64,000 bases of DNA from the NCBI RefSeq assembly GCF_006345805.1, contig NC_043004.1, positions 60,326,001 through 60,390,000 on the forward strand, read 5' to 3'. The position numbers and the translations under genes are program-made. Under the pieces are notes generated by a model. That model searched no databases. It was not told where the DNA came from and saw only the letters and a list, made by a program, of their open reading frames with translations. Position 1 is the first letter of the stretch, and every line of letters begins with the position of its first letter. Source of the DNA: Octopus sinensis (taxonomy: Eukaryota). Shown piece after piece: positions 41,480 to 55,543 of the stretch.

Positions 41480-41790
41480 CCCTAAAAGTCACTACCATAT
41501 ATTCCTGTTCTACGATGCAAAATCTCAGAATGCAAAGAGCTGCAAGTAGAGCCCTCAATATCCAACATACAACAATCTGAAATTCCTACAATACCCCACC
41601 GTTGATTGTTCCTGCGTGCAAGTGACCCTGAAAAGATAAAAAGACAAAACCGAGATCGGAGCAATGTATGTTTGCAGTGCAGACTGTCGAAATGGACAAA
41701 AAGCTTTTTCACCCATACTCGAACGTTGTGCAACTGTCTCGTTCCAAGTTCCACAGACTCTACCTTTTTCTGACACACTCTCTATATTTT
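41480..41790 (+). mobile_element. Possible ancient CR1-like LINE 3' end
   Basis: MQRAASRAL and SFFTHTRTLCNCL loosely resemble VQRRATR and NFF..RV...WN.LP. Confidence 0.3.
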
Positions 41791-41869
41791 TTGTCAAGTT
41801 ATTTTATACTTAAACCTGGAAGGTATGAAAAATGTCTGGTATTTTCTTCCATCTTTACTTTTGTAATAT

Positions 41870-42010
41870 TTATTCAAACTCCAAATATTCCCTCTTAACA
41901 CATGGCTATGATGCTCCCCAACAACTCCTGCTCATGATCAGAGATACATATATTGTTACCCACTATGGGACATGTTCAAGTAGTTAAGGTCAAGCAATCG
42001 ACATGCAAAT
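41870..42010 (+). repeat. Fragment of the dispersed repeat also at 58215-58680
   Basis: AACACATGGCTATGATGCTCCCC...TGATCAGAGAT homology. Confidence 0.7.
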
Positions 42011-43102
42011 ATGTTTTATTGACCACAATACTTGCAATAACGATATTTCTACTTCAGCAACACAGCGCAGAATCTGTTTGAAAGGTAATAGAAAATATGT
42101 CATTCTTAAAACGTTGATGTCCAAGTCTGAAAAGCAAAGTATGTAGGGAATGGTTAAGGTTCTTTAGCCTCTGAATTGAAACAACGTGGATGTGAACTTC
42201 AAAGTTAATCTTTCCAGCTCCGAGTAAATAGATTACACTCAAGTACATGATCAATTATATCGACTAACACTCTCACCTCAACATTACTGGCCTTGTGCCT
42301 AAATCGGAAACCAGGAGTGACGATCTGAAAGAATCGTTAGCATGTCAGATAAAACTTTTTTGCGGCATTTGTACTGGCTCCTTAAATTCTGAGTTTAAAA
42401 CCCCACCAAATTTATATTTACTTGTCATTATTTTGCGGTCGATGAAATGAAGTACCAATCTACTAATACAAGGTATTGATAGATTAATAGATAGGCACAA
42501 CCAATTAATACAAGTTAACAGACACATTAAGGTTGATATATGAAACATTCCTCCTACCTCTAAAACTTCTGGCCCTTTACCAAAATTTGGATGAATTATT
42601 TACTAGAGTGACACAGCGACTGATATGCTATGTTAAGAATCCTTACACGTTACAATGCCTCACTATTCAGAGTCCATATTGAACATGTTTGGTTTATTTC
42701 TTATCACATTCTGCTTGAAGTTCATAGCGATTATTTCAGAATTCCAGTTGGCTAACTTCATAAAATCAAATTTAATGCCAGCATTGTGAAACTTTTGTTT
42801 CTTTGCAGTACACTAAAATTAATTTGAGAACAAATTACTGAAACGTTGCATATGCATTGACAAATAGTGGATAAGTTAGTGTTAACATTTCTAATGCCGT
42901 AAAGTATTGGGAAGTGGCAAACATTTTGTCTGTGCGCTCATGTAACTAAAAGATTAACAGAATATTTTTTGGAGGAATGTGAAAACTGTGTTTGACTGAT
43001 GATGTCTTAATAAGAGCAAATCATATTACATGTTTCCCGTGCGTGTTAAAATAATTAGCTAATTACATCGAGGAAACGTGTACATTGCATTTGTCTTGAT
43101 CT

Positions 43103-43141
<39 letters not shown>

Positions 43142-43150
43142 GTCTCTGTC

Positions 43151-43195
<45 letters not shown>

Positions 43196-43211
43196 TTCTG
43201 TCTCTCTCTAA

Positions 43212-43244
<33 letters not shown>

Positions 43245-43537
43245 CACGGAATTTTTTGTTATAAACCGATCGAGCAATGTTACATGCAAAAGTATTTCAG
43301 CCGTGACTAACATGCTATTTATATTCCATACATTTGTGTCTAGAAAAATGTGACCGTGTGTGCTGTCTCTCAAATTAATGTTGGCAGATGTTTGTCTGAA
43401 ATATTTTGCATGTCTTTCAAATGCATAGAATAACTAAGAATAATATTCTGAAGTGCATTTCGCTGACTATAGCTCCTCGATTATCATGTTTAAAAAATAA
43501 TATAAACGTATCATGCTTAAAACAATCATCACCAGGT

Positions 43538-43969
43538 ATTCTTTTCTACTCTAGCCACAAAGCCCGAACATTTGGGGAGCTGGCCAGTCGATTCGACCGA
43601 CCCCAGAACGCATCTGGTCGTTAATTTATCGACCTCGAATGGATGAGAGGCAAAGTCGACATCGGCCGTATTTTAACTCAGAACAGTCGAAATAACGCTA
43701 AGCATTTCGTCCGGCGTGCTAATGTTTCTGCCAGCTCGCCGCCCTTTTCCCATCTACAATATTCTTTTGTATTCTAGGCACAAGGCCCGAAATTTTGGGA
43801 AATGGGGCCAATCGATCAGATCGACCCCAGTACGTAACTGGTACGTAATTTATCGCTCCCAAATGGAAGAAAGTCATAGTCAACCTCGGTGGAATTTGAA
43901 CTCAGAACGTAAAGACAGACGAAATACCGCTAAGCATTTCGTCCAGCATACTAACAATTCTGCCAGCTC
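43538..43969 (-). mobile_element. Two adjacent SINE family D copies
   Basis: Both end ...TCTGCCAGCTC; homology to 13510-13926. Confidence 0.8.
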
Positions 43970-44690
43970 TTACATTTTTAATCTACGATATTCATACATA
44001 ACTGAACCTGTTATCCGTGCTGTATGATCGGCATCTACTGTCTTAAAAGTTTAATATAGTACTAGTTTTGCGTACTTATTTCGATCGAGTTCCAAATTGT
44101 AAATCTAGATTAATATAATATTTCAGTAATGAACCCATATATGTACAACCAAACATACACACTCAAGCACGCACAGGCGCACAGATAGATATGTAGACAG
44201 ATACACAAACAGACAGAGAAATAGGCAGACAGACAGATGGATAAATAGATAGACTGATAGAGAGAGAGGGAGAGAGAGAGAGAAGGGGGAAACGTACATT
44301 GTGTTTTCTTTTTTGTTCGATGAAATCATTAGCAGTACTAATAATTATGTACAATTATACAACTGGTAAGACTGGAAATATCAAGTCTTAATACAAGGTA
44401 ACAGACCTTACGCTGCATTTACTCATCCTTAACATTCCTATGATGTAACAAAGAAAAGTAAAACCTAAAACAGAATTACTATATGAATATACATTAAAAT
44501 ATATCTGGTAAAAGAAGTGATCTGTATAGATTTCTTTTATAATCCTCTGCTTGCGACTTTAATACCAACTGAGAAGTTTCATGCCATATAATTTGTGATT
44601 TTGAAGACAGGCTAACATTGGCCTTATGAACGCAAATTCATAAGCGATTCATATCTGATGCATCGATGCATATATAAACACATATTTTCA

Positions 44691-44738
<48 letters not shown>

Positions 44739-44833
44739 TATATATATATAAACAATTACTGCGTGGAAGGTGTTTGTAAGCCATTTAAGAAACACACAAA
44801 AGCCGTTCGATTCACTTCAACATTTAAGTTTAA

Positions 44834-44884
44834 TTTGTCAAAATATTTTCGTCGCTATAAGACCGCGACCTGTTCACTGACAAA
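44834..44884 (-). ncRNA. Hammerhead-like motif with G3-C8 core (left arm)
   Basis: Reverse complement of the right-arm motif with a different loop II. Confidence 0.55.
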
Positions 44885-44906
44885 AATCCGTGCTGCATCC
44901 CGGATT

Positions 44907-44956
44907 TTTGTCAGTGAACAGGTCGCGGATTTTAGCGACGAAAATATTTTGACAAA
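44907..44956 (+). ncRNA. Hammerhead-like motif with G3-C8 core
   Basis: UUUGUCA-GUGAACA-G-GUCGC-GGAUUUUA-GCGAC-GAAA-AUAU-UU-UGACAAA; 7-bp stem I, 5-bp stem II, palindromic AAUAUU. Confidence 0.55.
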
Positions 44957-45094
44957 TTAAACTTAAATGTTGAAGTGAATCGAACGGCTTTTGTGTGTTT
45001 CTTAAATAGCTTACAAACACCTTCCACGCTGCAATTGTTTTCGTTTCAGCATACGATCTCAGATCAAATTACTTGCTATGCGAGTACATCTCCG

Positions 45095-45149
<55 letters not shown>

Positions 45150-45440
45150 CACGTGATCACGTGACCGACCAGACCATCAGATGTTGTTACACATCGGTAG
45201 TCACAATGACTTCGCATTGTTTTAGCCTCTGAATGACGCCACCCGCTGGCTAAGCGAGCAGGCCAACAGAAGAAAGAGTGGTGAAAGAGTACAGCAGGGA
45301 TCACCACCACCTGCCCGAGCCCCGTGGAGCTTTTTTGGTGTTTTCGCTCAATAAAAACTCCCAACGCCCGGTCTGGGAATCGAAAACGCGATCCTACGAC
45401 CGCGAGTCCGCTGCCCTAACCACTGGGCCATTGCGCCTCC
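45150..45440 (-). mobile_element. tRNA-derived SINE family B, full length
   Basis: Head GGAGGCGCAATGGCCCAGTGGTTAGG...TTCGATTCCC on the minus strand. Confidence 0.85.
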
Positions 45441-45453
45441 ACACACACACACA

Positions 45454-45601
<148 letters not shown>

Positions 45602-45625
45602 AAATTGAAAGTGTGTGTGTGTATG

Positions 45626-45878
45626 ACAATTCCGGCGACGCGTTTTGTCCTTGGGCAAGACATTTATTTCACGTTGCTCCAGTGGGAAAAATAAATAGCA
45701 CCTATATTTCAAAGCGCCTGCCTCGTCACATTCCGTGGCAAGGTGAATCTCCCTGGGAACTACGTGAAGGGTTCATGTCTCTATGGAGGGCTCAGCCACT
45801 TGCTCGTTAATATCATGAACAAGCTTCTCCGTTGATAGTATCAGCTGGGACACTCGCCGTCGCAACCGACGAGTGCTC
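45626..45878 (+). mobile_element. 5'-truncated SINE (family C)
   Basis: TTGTCCTTGGGCAAGACA..TTTATTTCACGTTGCTCCAGT core shared with 25677. Confidence 0.7.
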
Positions 45879-45904
45879 CTAATATATATATGTATGTATA
45901 TATT

Positions 45905-45975
<71 letters not shown>

Positions 45976-46899
45976 CTTGATTGTTTTGTCTGGAGGATCA
46001 TCCCGTTCCAATTTTTAGGGGGATAACGAAAGTATTTCCAATTTTTAAAGCATTTCCGTGGCTGGGCGCGCCTATGATAATAACAGCAAATTTATATCTC
46101 TAGCCAGGATATAAGTTTTGTGCGCTTGTCATAAGTTTTCCATAAATATATTCCTTCTAACCATCTTTTAAAGAGAGATTTACAAATGTTGGTCTACTCC
46201 TATCTATATTGGTAGAAAATATTTTAGTTCCCAACGCATACAAACAAATTTATGCTTTGTGCTTGCAATGGGTTTCTCTTCTTATGAGAGCCTTCAACCA
46301 GTACACAATATTTCATAATCTACATATATATATATATATATATATCCATGTATGTACATGTATATGTATATGTATATGTATATATTGTGTGTGTCAGAGT
46401 GCATGCGTCTGTCTGTCTCTATGTGTGCGTCGTGTCTATGCGTGTGCGCGTGCGTATGTGTGTGTGTGTGTGTGTGTGTGTATTCAACATGTTCATCTAA
46501 TATTATGGTTTCAAACTTTAGGCAGAAGGATTGCATGTGTTAAAATTAACCGCGTCATTCTGCTGGAAACAATATCCTGTATGGACATAGTATGTTTAAA
46601 ATTACAAAATTATACCAGCAGCAGAGCACCGGCGGGCAGGATTTTACTTGCTTGAGTTTGTTAAGCATAATGCCTCCGTGAATGATATTATCCTGGGATG
46701 AATACAACATTTATTTTGCCTAGATGAGATAACAGACAAATGAAAAAAATTGTGTCTGTAAAGACCATTGAAACCCGACAGCAAATATGAAATCAGAGAT
46801 TAACCACTAACTTAACAATCCCACCTCAAACAGAATTGTTTATCAGAAGCTCAATGCATCTAGATATTATGTAATGACTGTCATTACTTGATCATCCTT

Positions 46900-47360
46900 G
46901 TCATTGATGAGGGGAGAAAACGGTGTCCAGAGGAGCAGAAGTGGTCGATAGCTCATTGGTGTATCATCTTCATAGGTGAGCTATCATTAATGTCTTTCCA
47001 AAGGCCTAAAGATTTGGCAGTTTGGCCTCTTTCATGAATGTGGGAAGGGATTATATGATGATTTGGACGGTCGCACCACAGAAATATCGTGGTCCTTCAA
47101 TACTACTGACGGCAGAGCATATGTTTAGTATTGTGTCAGTATTTCGGCTGATCATATTACTGTTGTGGTACCAAAATACTTTATGATAGAGAAATCGTCC
47201 CCAAAATATTATGCGACAAATCACAGTGCTAATATTATTAAGAAGTTGTTACGAAAATGAGGGATATAGCGGGGACTCAGTTTACGCCTGACCCCCATCC
47301 CTGCACAATCACCAGAACGCAATATAATCGAACACACGTGGTGCATTTGGAGCAGTTAGT
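46900..47360 (+). mobile_element. Degraded Tc1 transposase relic
   Basis: MMIWTV and PAQSPERNIIEHTWC resemble the 4.1-4.7 kb relic. Confidence 0.55.
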
Positions 47361-47407
47361 GAGGAAACTCTTACTGGATGACCTAAAGCTGTTTCCAAAT
47401 GAAACAG

Positions 47408-47492
<85 letters not shown>

Positions 47493-48104
47493 ACATATAT
47501 GTATATACTTATTGATGTAAGAAAATATTTAAGTTTTAGGTATGTTCCAGCACATATACAACGAGGTATCTTCATAACGTCACCTGACAGTTGCGTAAAC
47601 ACCGATATATATATACATATATATATATATCAATTAGAGATAAAAACCACTATTCTGCAACTCAAGCAGTGATACACATAAACCAAAACGTTAATAACAA
47701 GTAAAAAACTGCGTACGTTTCATGGCTACAATTAAATTCGAATTACACTTGATTTAAAATTCAATTGAAATGAATTTGATTTAAAATTATAGTCAATCTT
47801 CAGGTTAATGATAATGGTTAAATAAATATATAAGCAAATAGAGTTAAACAATATTTATTTAAAAAATAAATAAAATAATTTTTATTAACTAAATTAGGAA
47901 CTTAAAATAGGTTTATTTCCTACAACTAAGTCTTTTTACTTATTATATTATATATTGATCATTAATTTTTATTCTTTTTGAGATCTAGTTATAAGTTATA
48001 TGTTTTACAAAAATATATATCATTTGTTAGTTATGCTTTGATTTATGTCTATCACTGCTTGAGTTGCATAATAGTGGTTTTATCTCTAATTAGTATTTTA
48101 TATA

Positions 48105-48173
48105 TTTATACTGTGAAATTTGATTTAATACTAATTGAATTTTTCCCTGTAGGTTTGGAGTTATACTCCCAAA

Positions 48174-48226
<53 letters not shown>

Positions 48227-48355
48227 TATATATATACATATATGTAGGAATGTATGTACGTATGTACATATGTATATGTATATATATATATATATACATA
48301 TACATATGTGCATACATACATACATTCCTACATGCATTAAATATATATATATATA

Positions 48356-48408
<53 letters not shown>

Positions 48409-48505
48409 CATATATATATATATATATAATATAATATTTGGGAGTATAACTCCAACTTACAGGGGAAAGTTCAATTTAGTATTAAATTGAATTTCACAGT
48501 ATAAA
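48105..48505. repeat. Roughly 400-bp imperfect palindrome centred on (TA)n
   Basis: Outer 70-bp unique arms and inner TGTAGGAATGTATG/CATACATTCCTACA are mirrored. Confidence 0.8.
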
Positions 48506-48932
48506 GACCTTTTGGAACTTATAATTTTCTGTGTATATATATAGATACTTCCAAACAAACATGATTTCTATTGAAATCCTAATAGGTTTTGTGAATTTCT
48601 TAATAATTTCTCAATAAAAATTTTTCTGTAAACTGTTTTTAACATTTTCTGATTATTATCAAAGAAACTAAATATGTATTGTAATTTTTTTGTGCCCAAT
48701 ATTTTAAATAACTTTTTAATATTTTCTCAATATTTTTCCTTGTAGACTGTTTTTAACATGTTCTTATTATTATCAAAGAATGTATATATGTAGTGTAATA
48801 TTTTGTGACAACCAGTACCTAGCACAACACAGCTTTTACATGTTATAAATGACAATCATTTTTTAAAACAGTGAAACCGGTGAAGTGAATACACATATTA
48901 TAAAATTGCATTTTCAAACCTTCTTTCAAATA

Positions 48933-48990
<58 letters not shown>

Positions 48991-49813
48991 CTTCCAATTA
49001 TAAATATCAATACTTGTGCATGCAGAGAATACTGCTCTTAAAATTTGCTTTACAAAAGCCACGTCGATGTGGCAGTATTAAATTTTATGTTAAAAAGGAT
49101 AATATGAAACTTCGATGAGATTTCTACAAATTTTATTCAAAAGAGAGAACATCTAACAAGAAATTATTCAGCTTTATAAAAAGAAATATTAAACACTGAA
49201 ATAAATATGTATAAATGCAGGTGTACATATTTATATATTTATATAGATATATATATACATATATATATATTATATATATTATATATATTATATATATATA
49301 TATATATATAATTATATATATATATATATATATAGATATATGATTGTCTTTATTCAGATGCCAATGCGATATATTTGTATGCATACAGAACTGCGTACAG
49401 ATTCCGTTATGCTAATAAATACAAACGCCTGATATCAGTATAACTCTGAACTCGAGGTGCAGTTTCTGTAAAAAATACAAATAAAATATACAAATGGAAA
49501 CGCATATGCACATGCACAACTGCAAGGACACACATGCATAAACACACACACACACACACATAAACTCATACACAGACACAGACGCAGAAACACTCATCTA
49601 CACATACATAGAGAAAGACATTAACAACCATATACGTTCTCATGCAAAATATATTGTTTTTAATATACATACTAACACACACATTTACATACACACATAC
49701 ATAATACATACAAATATATATATAAATATATATGTATATATATATATATATAATTATATATATATATATATATATCTACATTTATATACATACACACACA
49801 CATATATATATAC

Positions 49814-49846
<33 letters not shown>

Positions 49847-52400
49847 GATAGATATATATATAAATATACATATACGTATATACATGTGTGTGTGTCCATG
49901 TGTCTTTTTGCGTGCGCTTTATATACACATATCTACATTAGTGTGGTATATAAGCATACAAATACGTAGAAACATACATTTCATTTTTATAATTTTCCCC
50001 GAAAACCATTAGCAAAAACTCTAAAAGATATAGAATTTAAGAAATCTATTCTCTCGAGTAAAAGATGTTAAATAAAAATATGTGTTTTTCAAACATCAAT
50101 GAATACTAATGTAATGTAATGTACGTATTACACATGGGGAAAACCGGTGCAATCTTTCTCCGGATACTGATAAGAAAATTAACAGACAGGCAATCAATAT
50201 AATGAAAAATTTATGTCTTGTAGCTTATTCTTCAATATTTTGATAAATATGTTTTCTAAATATTTTATCTTCTTATGTGACAACTTCAATTCTCTAAAGT
50301 GTCTTTTTAGATTTTTAGTTCAGCGAATGTCATAAATGTAGGGGAAAATATCTTCGTGTTTTTATATATATTTTTTAATTTCGATATTAAGGGATGAAAT
50401 ATCATTAGATTGCGGAAATTTGGGATTTATGTAGGAAAGGCATTTATTGGGGAGATTAAAAGTATGTTTGCTGTAATTTTGAGACCATTTTCGAAAGTTT
50501 TCTTTGTCTGTGGTTGTGTATAAAGCTTCTATATAAAAATTTGTATTGTCCAAATCTATATATCGTTGTTTTGTATCAAGTATCCAAATGTATATAAATA
50601 TATATTTGTTCTATGAATTCATGCTTTGTGCAAGCATCTTATGCATTTGTTATTACGTTATATGTATACACGCACAACAGCATACAGGCGTAAGAACAGC
50701 AGCCTAATGAATAGGAAACCAAATGGAACATACAAAAGCAACAGGGCTGCATATTCCCGGTCTTTTAATTAATGCGTGTGCTGTTTTAAGGCTTATGTAT
50801 GTGTGCTCTGGTGAGGTTATTGGAGCGATTGTGCAAATTTAGTATGCAAATTGGCATGAGTCATGTGTGCAAATTATGCGTAGACTTAATATGGAGTACG
50901 TGTATAAGTTTCATATTAACGTGTATGAATGTATATGTCTGTTTCAGCACGTCTGAGTATTGTGATTCAAATATTCATTGACTAGGTTATATATGAACTG
51001 AAAAGTACGATATGTAAGTGTCTATGTAAACGTGCAGTATGTATGCGTGTGAGTATGTGCTTCTTTCTGTGTTTAATATGCTTCGATTTCTATAGTTCGT
51101 GTTGATATGCTTCGTTCTGTGAGTATATGCTTCCTTCTGAATTGACATTGAAGGTATAGTCTGTATAGACTACTATATATTGGAAAAAAACTCTGAATTA
51201 TACCCGTGTGTTAATGCGAATGAAAGTATTCCTTTCAAGTGTCTATATGTGAGAGTTCCCGCTCATGCAAGCTGTGCTTGTTTCGTGGCGGATCGGTTGT
51301 GTTAAGGCAAATTGTTCATATGTGTGTGCATGTATTTATTGTATAGCATCAAGTAACTCTATACATCGTTGTCGTTAAGTGTTTGAGTATATTTGTTGCA
51401 TATGATTGTCGATGTTGAGACTTATGTGTGAATGTATTGTGATTAGTGTTTTTATGGAAGTTTATGGAAGTGAATGTTGCATTGAGCGTGCGTATTTATC
51501 ATTGCGTGCATTTGTGTCTGGAGAAGACAACAGGAAATGAGTCCGGCATTTATCCCGAGTATAGTAATCGTAGCTGAAGATCCAGTAATCTATTTAATGG
51601 CGACAGGGGAGTCATAACACCCGCACAAGGTCATATAGAGAGAGTCGGAGAACGTTCACTTACATAGAACATGTCAATGGGTGACCACCGGTGGTCTAGA
51701 ACAGGTGTGATTATATAAGTAGGCAAATGAAAAAAATTATCAAAACGTATTTAAAGTAAAACACACCGACAGAATATAAGTGACTGGGTAGCCAAGAATA
51801 TATTTTGCTGTCAACTACTCTTAACTCAATGGATCACAGAAATTTTAGAGTCACCAATTTTCGATTTAAATACTTTATCATCACGCTAGAAACTGGCAAA
51901 ATTTTTAGGGTTTCCTGAATTGAAACAGTAACAAGCACCAATGTTTGCTAGAGAACGAGTGAATAAGATCAACAGTAATAAGCATAGCCCTGCCCATGTG
52001 GAAAATACAAGAATCCAATAATCTCCACCGATGAGGACTTATAGGACCGAAACATAACTGTTGTTTTCTTTATTCTCTTACTATATTCTTGTTCTTTTTT
52101 TATTATTCATTTTCTTTTGTATTACTTATTTCATTATTCATTTGCTTTGTATTTCTATTTTCACTGATTGCACTACGACTATGCCGGTGCATCACCAGGA
52201 ATGGTTTCGTCGTACATATATACGGCTCTATACATATAATTTTGTAAAATCTGGTACATATTTTAACGATCACCTTTGCCAAACCATTAGAGCATGCGAA
52301 TGTAATCAAACCTAGAAGGCCTGTCAAACGGTAAGGAGTACCAACTGTCAGACGCGCAGAAATACACACACAAACACTCTCTCTCTCTGTCTCTCTCTCG

Positions 52401-52431
<31 letters not shown>

Positions 52432-53529
52432 ACATTCCCACACTGCACACATAGACAAATGCGCGCTCACATACGCCTAAATATATACATGTGTGTGTGT
52501 GTGTGTAGAGGACGGGCTTCCGCGTGGATGTCATTGGTACAGGTCTCTTGCCCTAGATCGCAAGTACTGGGACTCAGTCCGGAAAGCGAAATTCTTAACA
52601 AAACAGCCATGGTTGAGCCTAGTTGAAATTAACGACAACAATTTCCAATCATCTACTGAGGCTAACCATTTTTCTTTTTTCCTTTTAGTTGGTTAACTTA
52701 TCGAAATTGATTTATTCAACTTGATTGGTATTTTCATGTTTTAAGCATTACTAGCACAATTTGCCTACTTAATGCACCCACTATCGCAATGAACTAATTT
52801 TCTTCAATTCATTATATTACTTACGTGTGACCCTGATGTATGAATATTTAACCATTATTCATAGATAACTTGATATCTTTCACCATTGCTATTTGTACAA
52901 TTGTTTACACTTGTAATTATATATTCATTGATTTTTTTTTGATTCACTATTGTGTTCAGAAAATAACGATACAAAACGAAGAGATAACAATGTCTAATAT
53001 CTTTTCGTTTTTCATTTTCTCTATTCTAGTTCTTCTGTAGCATTTGTTTCGTGTTTTCCTTACATGACATTTTGCTCTATTTCTTTCTTTTATATCACTT
53101 ACCATGCAATGTGTATTTGCCTACATTGCAGCTGTATTACATGACTGAATCATGGTCAAAACACCTTGTAAATCCTTGTTTGCAATGACCATATTACCTA
53201 CAAAACACATATGTACACAAACATATACGCGAAATGGATTTCAGAAGGTTGACACATTATTAGGAGAGGTAGTTATAACCAGATTATTGTAATTTTAGTA
53301 AATAATATACATCTAAGAAGCTAGCCTGCTAACATTTTTACTGCAAATTCAAAGGAACCCGACAGTAACAACGATTTCACCACATTCTAGTATCACTCCT
53401 TGTCACAGCTGACTAGTTTGCAGAATTCAGGAGAGACCTGAAGACGATTTGGAAACTTCCTATAAAATAAAGTTTTGTGTTAAAGTGGACATAATCGCTA
53501 CAGAAACTTAGGTATTAACCCAAATAACT

Positions 53530-53730
53530 TACTCTTTTACTTGTTTCAGTCATTTGACAGCAGTCATTTGACAGCAGTCATGCTGGAGCACTGCCTTTAG
53601 TCAAGCAAATTGACCCTAGAACTTATTCTTTGTAAGCCTGGTACTTATTCTGTCGGCCTCATTTTGCCGAACCGCTAAGTTACGGGGACGTAAAAACACC
53701 AGCATCGGTTGTCATGTTGGGGGACAAACA

Positions 53731-53796
<66 letters not shown>

Positions 53797-53917
53797 CATA
53801 TATACGACGGGCTTCTTTCAGTTTCCGTCTACCAAATCCATTAACAAGGCTTTGGTCGGCCCGACGCTATAGTAGAGGACACTTGTCCAATGTACCACGC
53901 AGTGGGACAGAACCCGG
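53530..53917 (-). mobile_element. SINE family A with truncated head
   Basis: Homology to 38624-39062; ends at the junction with a mariner fragment. Confidence 0.85.
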
Positions 53918-53919
53918 GC

Positions 53920-54255
53920 ACAAGAAGTTCAAGAACGGTAGAGAGTAAATAAGAGATGATGGGACGCCAGAACTTCAAAGCTGGCTGACAAAATTTGCAA
54001 CTTTCTAGATAATGACAGTCGGGTTTCCATAAAGACAAGGAGAACACGGTTTGGAGATGCCCAGGGAAAATTCACACAGGGTGATTTATGAAAATCTGAT
54101 GAAGGGAAACATTAATGCAAAGTTTGTCCACAGGTGAACAGAAGGAAAGACGCGTTGTTTATAGCAGGGAGATAGTTCAATTCATTACCGATAATCCAAA
54201 AGTACTACAGATTTTTGGTAACCTGTGACGGAAGCTGTATCTATTGACATGATCC
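53920..54255 (+). mobile_element. Mariner transposase fragment
   Basis: NDSRVSIKT, NINAKFV, LVTCDGSCIY*HDP (compare VTCDESW.Y.YDP). Confidence 0.6.
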
Positions 54256-54264
54256 ATGGGCCAA

Positions 54265-55250
54265 AAGGAACAATGACCACTAGTAACACAAGACCAAGAA
54301 AGCTAGATAAAACAAGTCTATTGGGAAGCTTATGATGATCCTGCGATCGACCTAACCACGGGATATGTTGACTCGTTGGACTTACACCGTTTAGTCCAAC
54401 ATCCACCTGATACTATCAGTTCTAGTCACCAACACTCTCTTCGACTGTTTTCGCAACACGAATAAACATTGTTCATAGATGTTTCCTTACCCTTGATTGA
54501 CTTTCAACTAAAAAACACGGACGAGGGGGAGATTGAGGCGATGCTCTACCCAAATTCTGCTTGCCGGGAACTTTTCTTCCACTACAAGTCGGCTCTTCTA
54601 ATGAAGGTTATGATGAGCTACGTACGTAACACGATCGCCCGATACCCAAAAGATGCTTTGACAATACCAGCCGGGGTGCACATGATAATCAGTTCCAAAC
54701 ATTTTTTGAGGACAACGGACATTCACCGCCTATTAAAGAATCCATACTCTAACGCAGGCCACTTAAATGTTGATCAGGGATCGATCTCAAACCTGCTACT
54801 TGAGGATTCCGCACTTCAATGAGAATACAACATCCGCCATTTACAAGGATATCTTAAGAGAAGGATTTGATATTCTACTGGCCCATTCATGGCTAAACGT
54901 ACGTAAACACGTTATCAACGAGGTGGCCTGCATAATGGCGGACTGTCCTATTCGCAAAACTAATATGTGCCCACATGCGTAATATATGAGATACGACGCT
55001 CCAGTTGCAACAACACCTTCATCGGTAATACACTACGGACACCCGACGACCGAATTAAAGGAGGTTTTCACAACCAAAGAGACACACAGCTCCATACAGG
55101 CCTGGGAGAAAAATGCGGCAAATCTACATATCAAAGGAACAGTATAGAAACACCACTTCATCCCGGTGACTAACAGTTGGTCGGAGTTGAACCGGTGGCT
55201 CCTATGAGCACAACACGGCAATTACGATCAATAAAATGATATAGGCCATC
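54265..55250 (+). mobile_element. Degraded Penelope-like element ORF (RT thumb plus GIY-YIG endonuclease)
   Basis: LPLIDF..LY..ELFFHYKSA..VRN; CYLRIPHF; VIYEIR.SSCNNTFIGNT.R...RI at 54979-55050; several frameshifts. Confidence 0.75.
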
Positions 55251-55367
55251 ACCACTGCTACTGCAATATGTCTGTATGTAGCAACAACCAAGAGTTGCCT
55301 ACCAGCAGTTAGAGGTTTGCTTACATCAACGTTCGCAGAGTTGGCTAAAACAAAAGTTGGAGAGTGA

Positions 55368-55543
55368 TTAATACTGCTCCTAACATAACGTTGAGGAGTT
55401 TGAGTAAAGTAAAGAACTCTGTGGACCTGGACATTTCCGTAACCGTTTCCTTCTTAATACTGCTCCTAACATAACGTTGAGGAGTTTGAGTAAAGTAAAA
55501 CACTCTCTGGACCTGGACATTTCCGTAACCGTTTCCTTCTTAA
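55368..55543. repeat. 86-bp tandem duplication
   Basis: Two near-identical units starting TTAATACTGCTCC. Confidence 0.9.

Larger units (their letters stand above)
44750..45040. mobile_element. Inverted pair (arms 44750-44890 and 44901-45040; 10-bp loop), each arm with an HHR-like motif
   Basis: Near-perfect arms; differences concentrated in the predicted loop II and at the outer end. Confidence 0.9.

Noticed and set aside
52028-52062. CCGAUGAGGAC..GACCGAAAC motif
   Set aside because: U4C, a mismatched helix II and no stem I; too degenerate to call
54090-54125. CTGATGAAGGGAAACATTAATGC hammerhead look-alike
   Set aside because: No helix II, no UH triplet, and it lies inside mariner coding sequence
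55368-55543. CRISPR-like or regularly spaced repeat array
   Set aside because: Simple two-unit tandem duplication with no spacers; eukaryotic context
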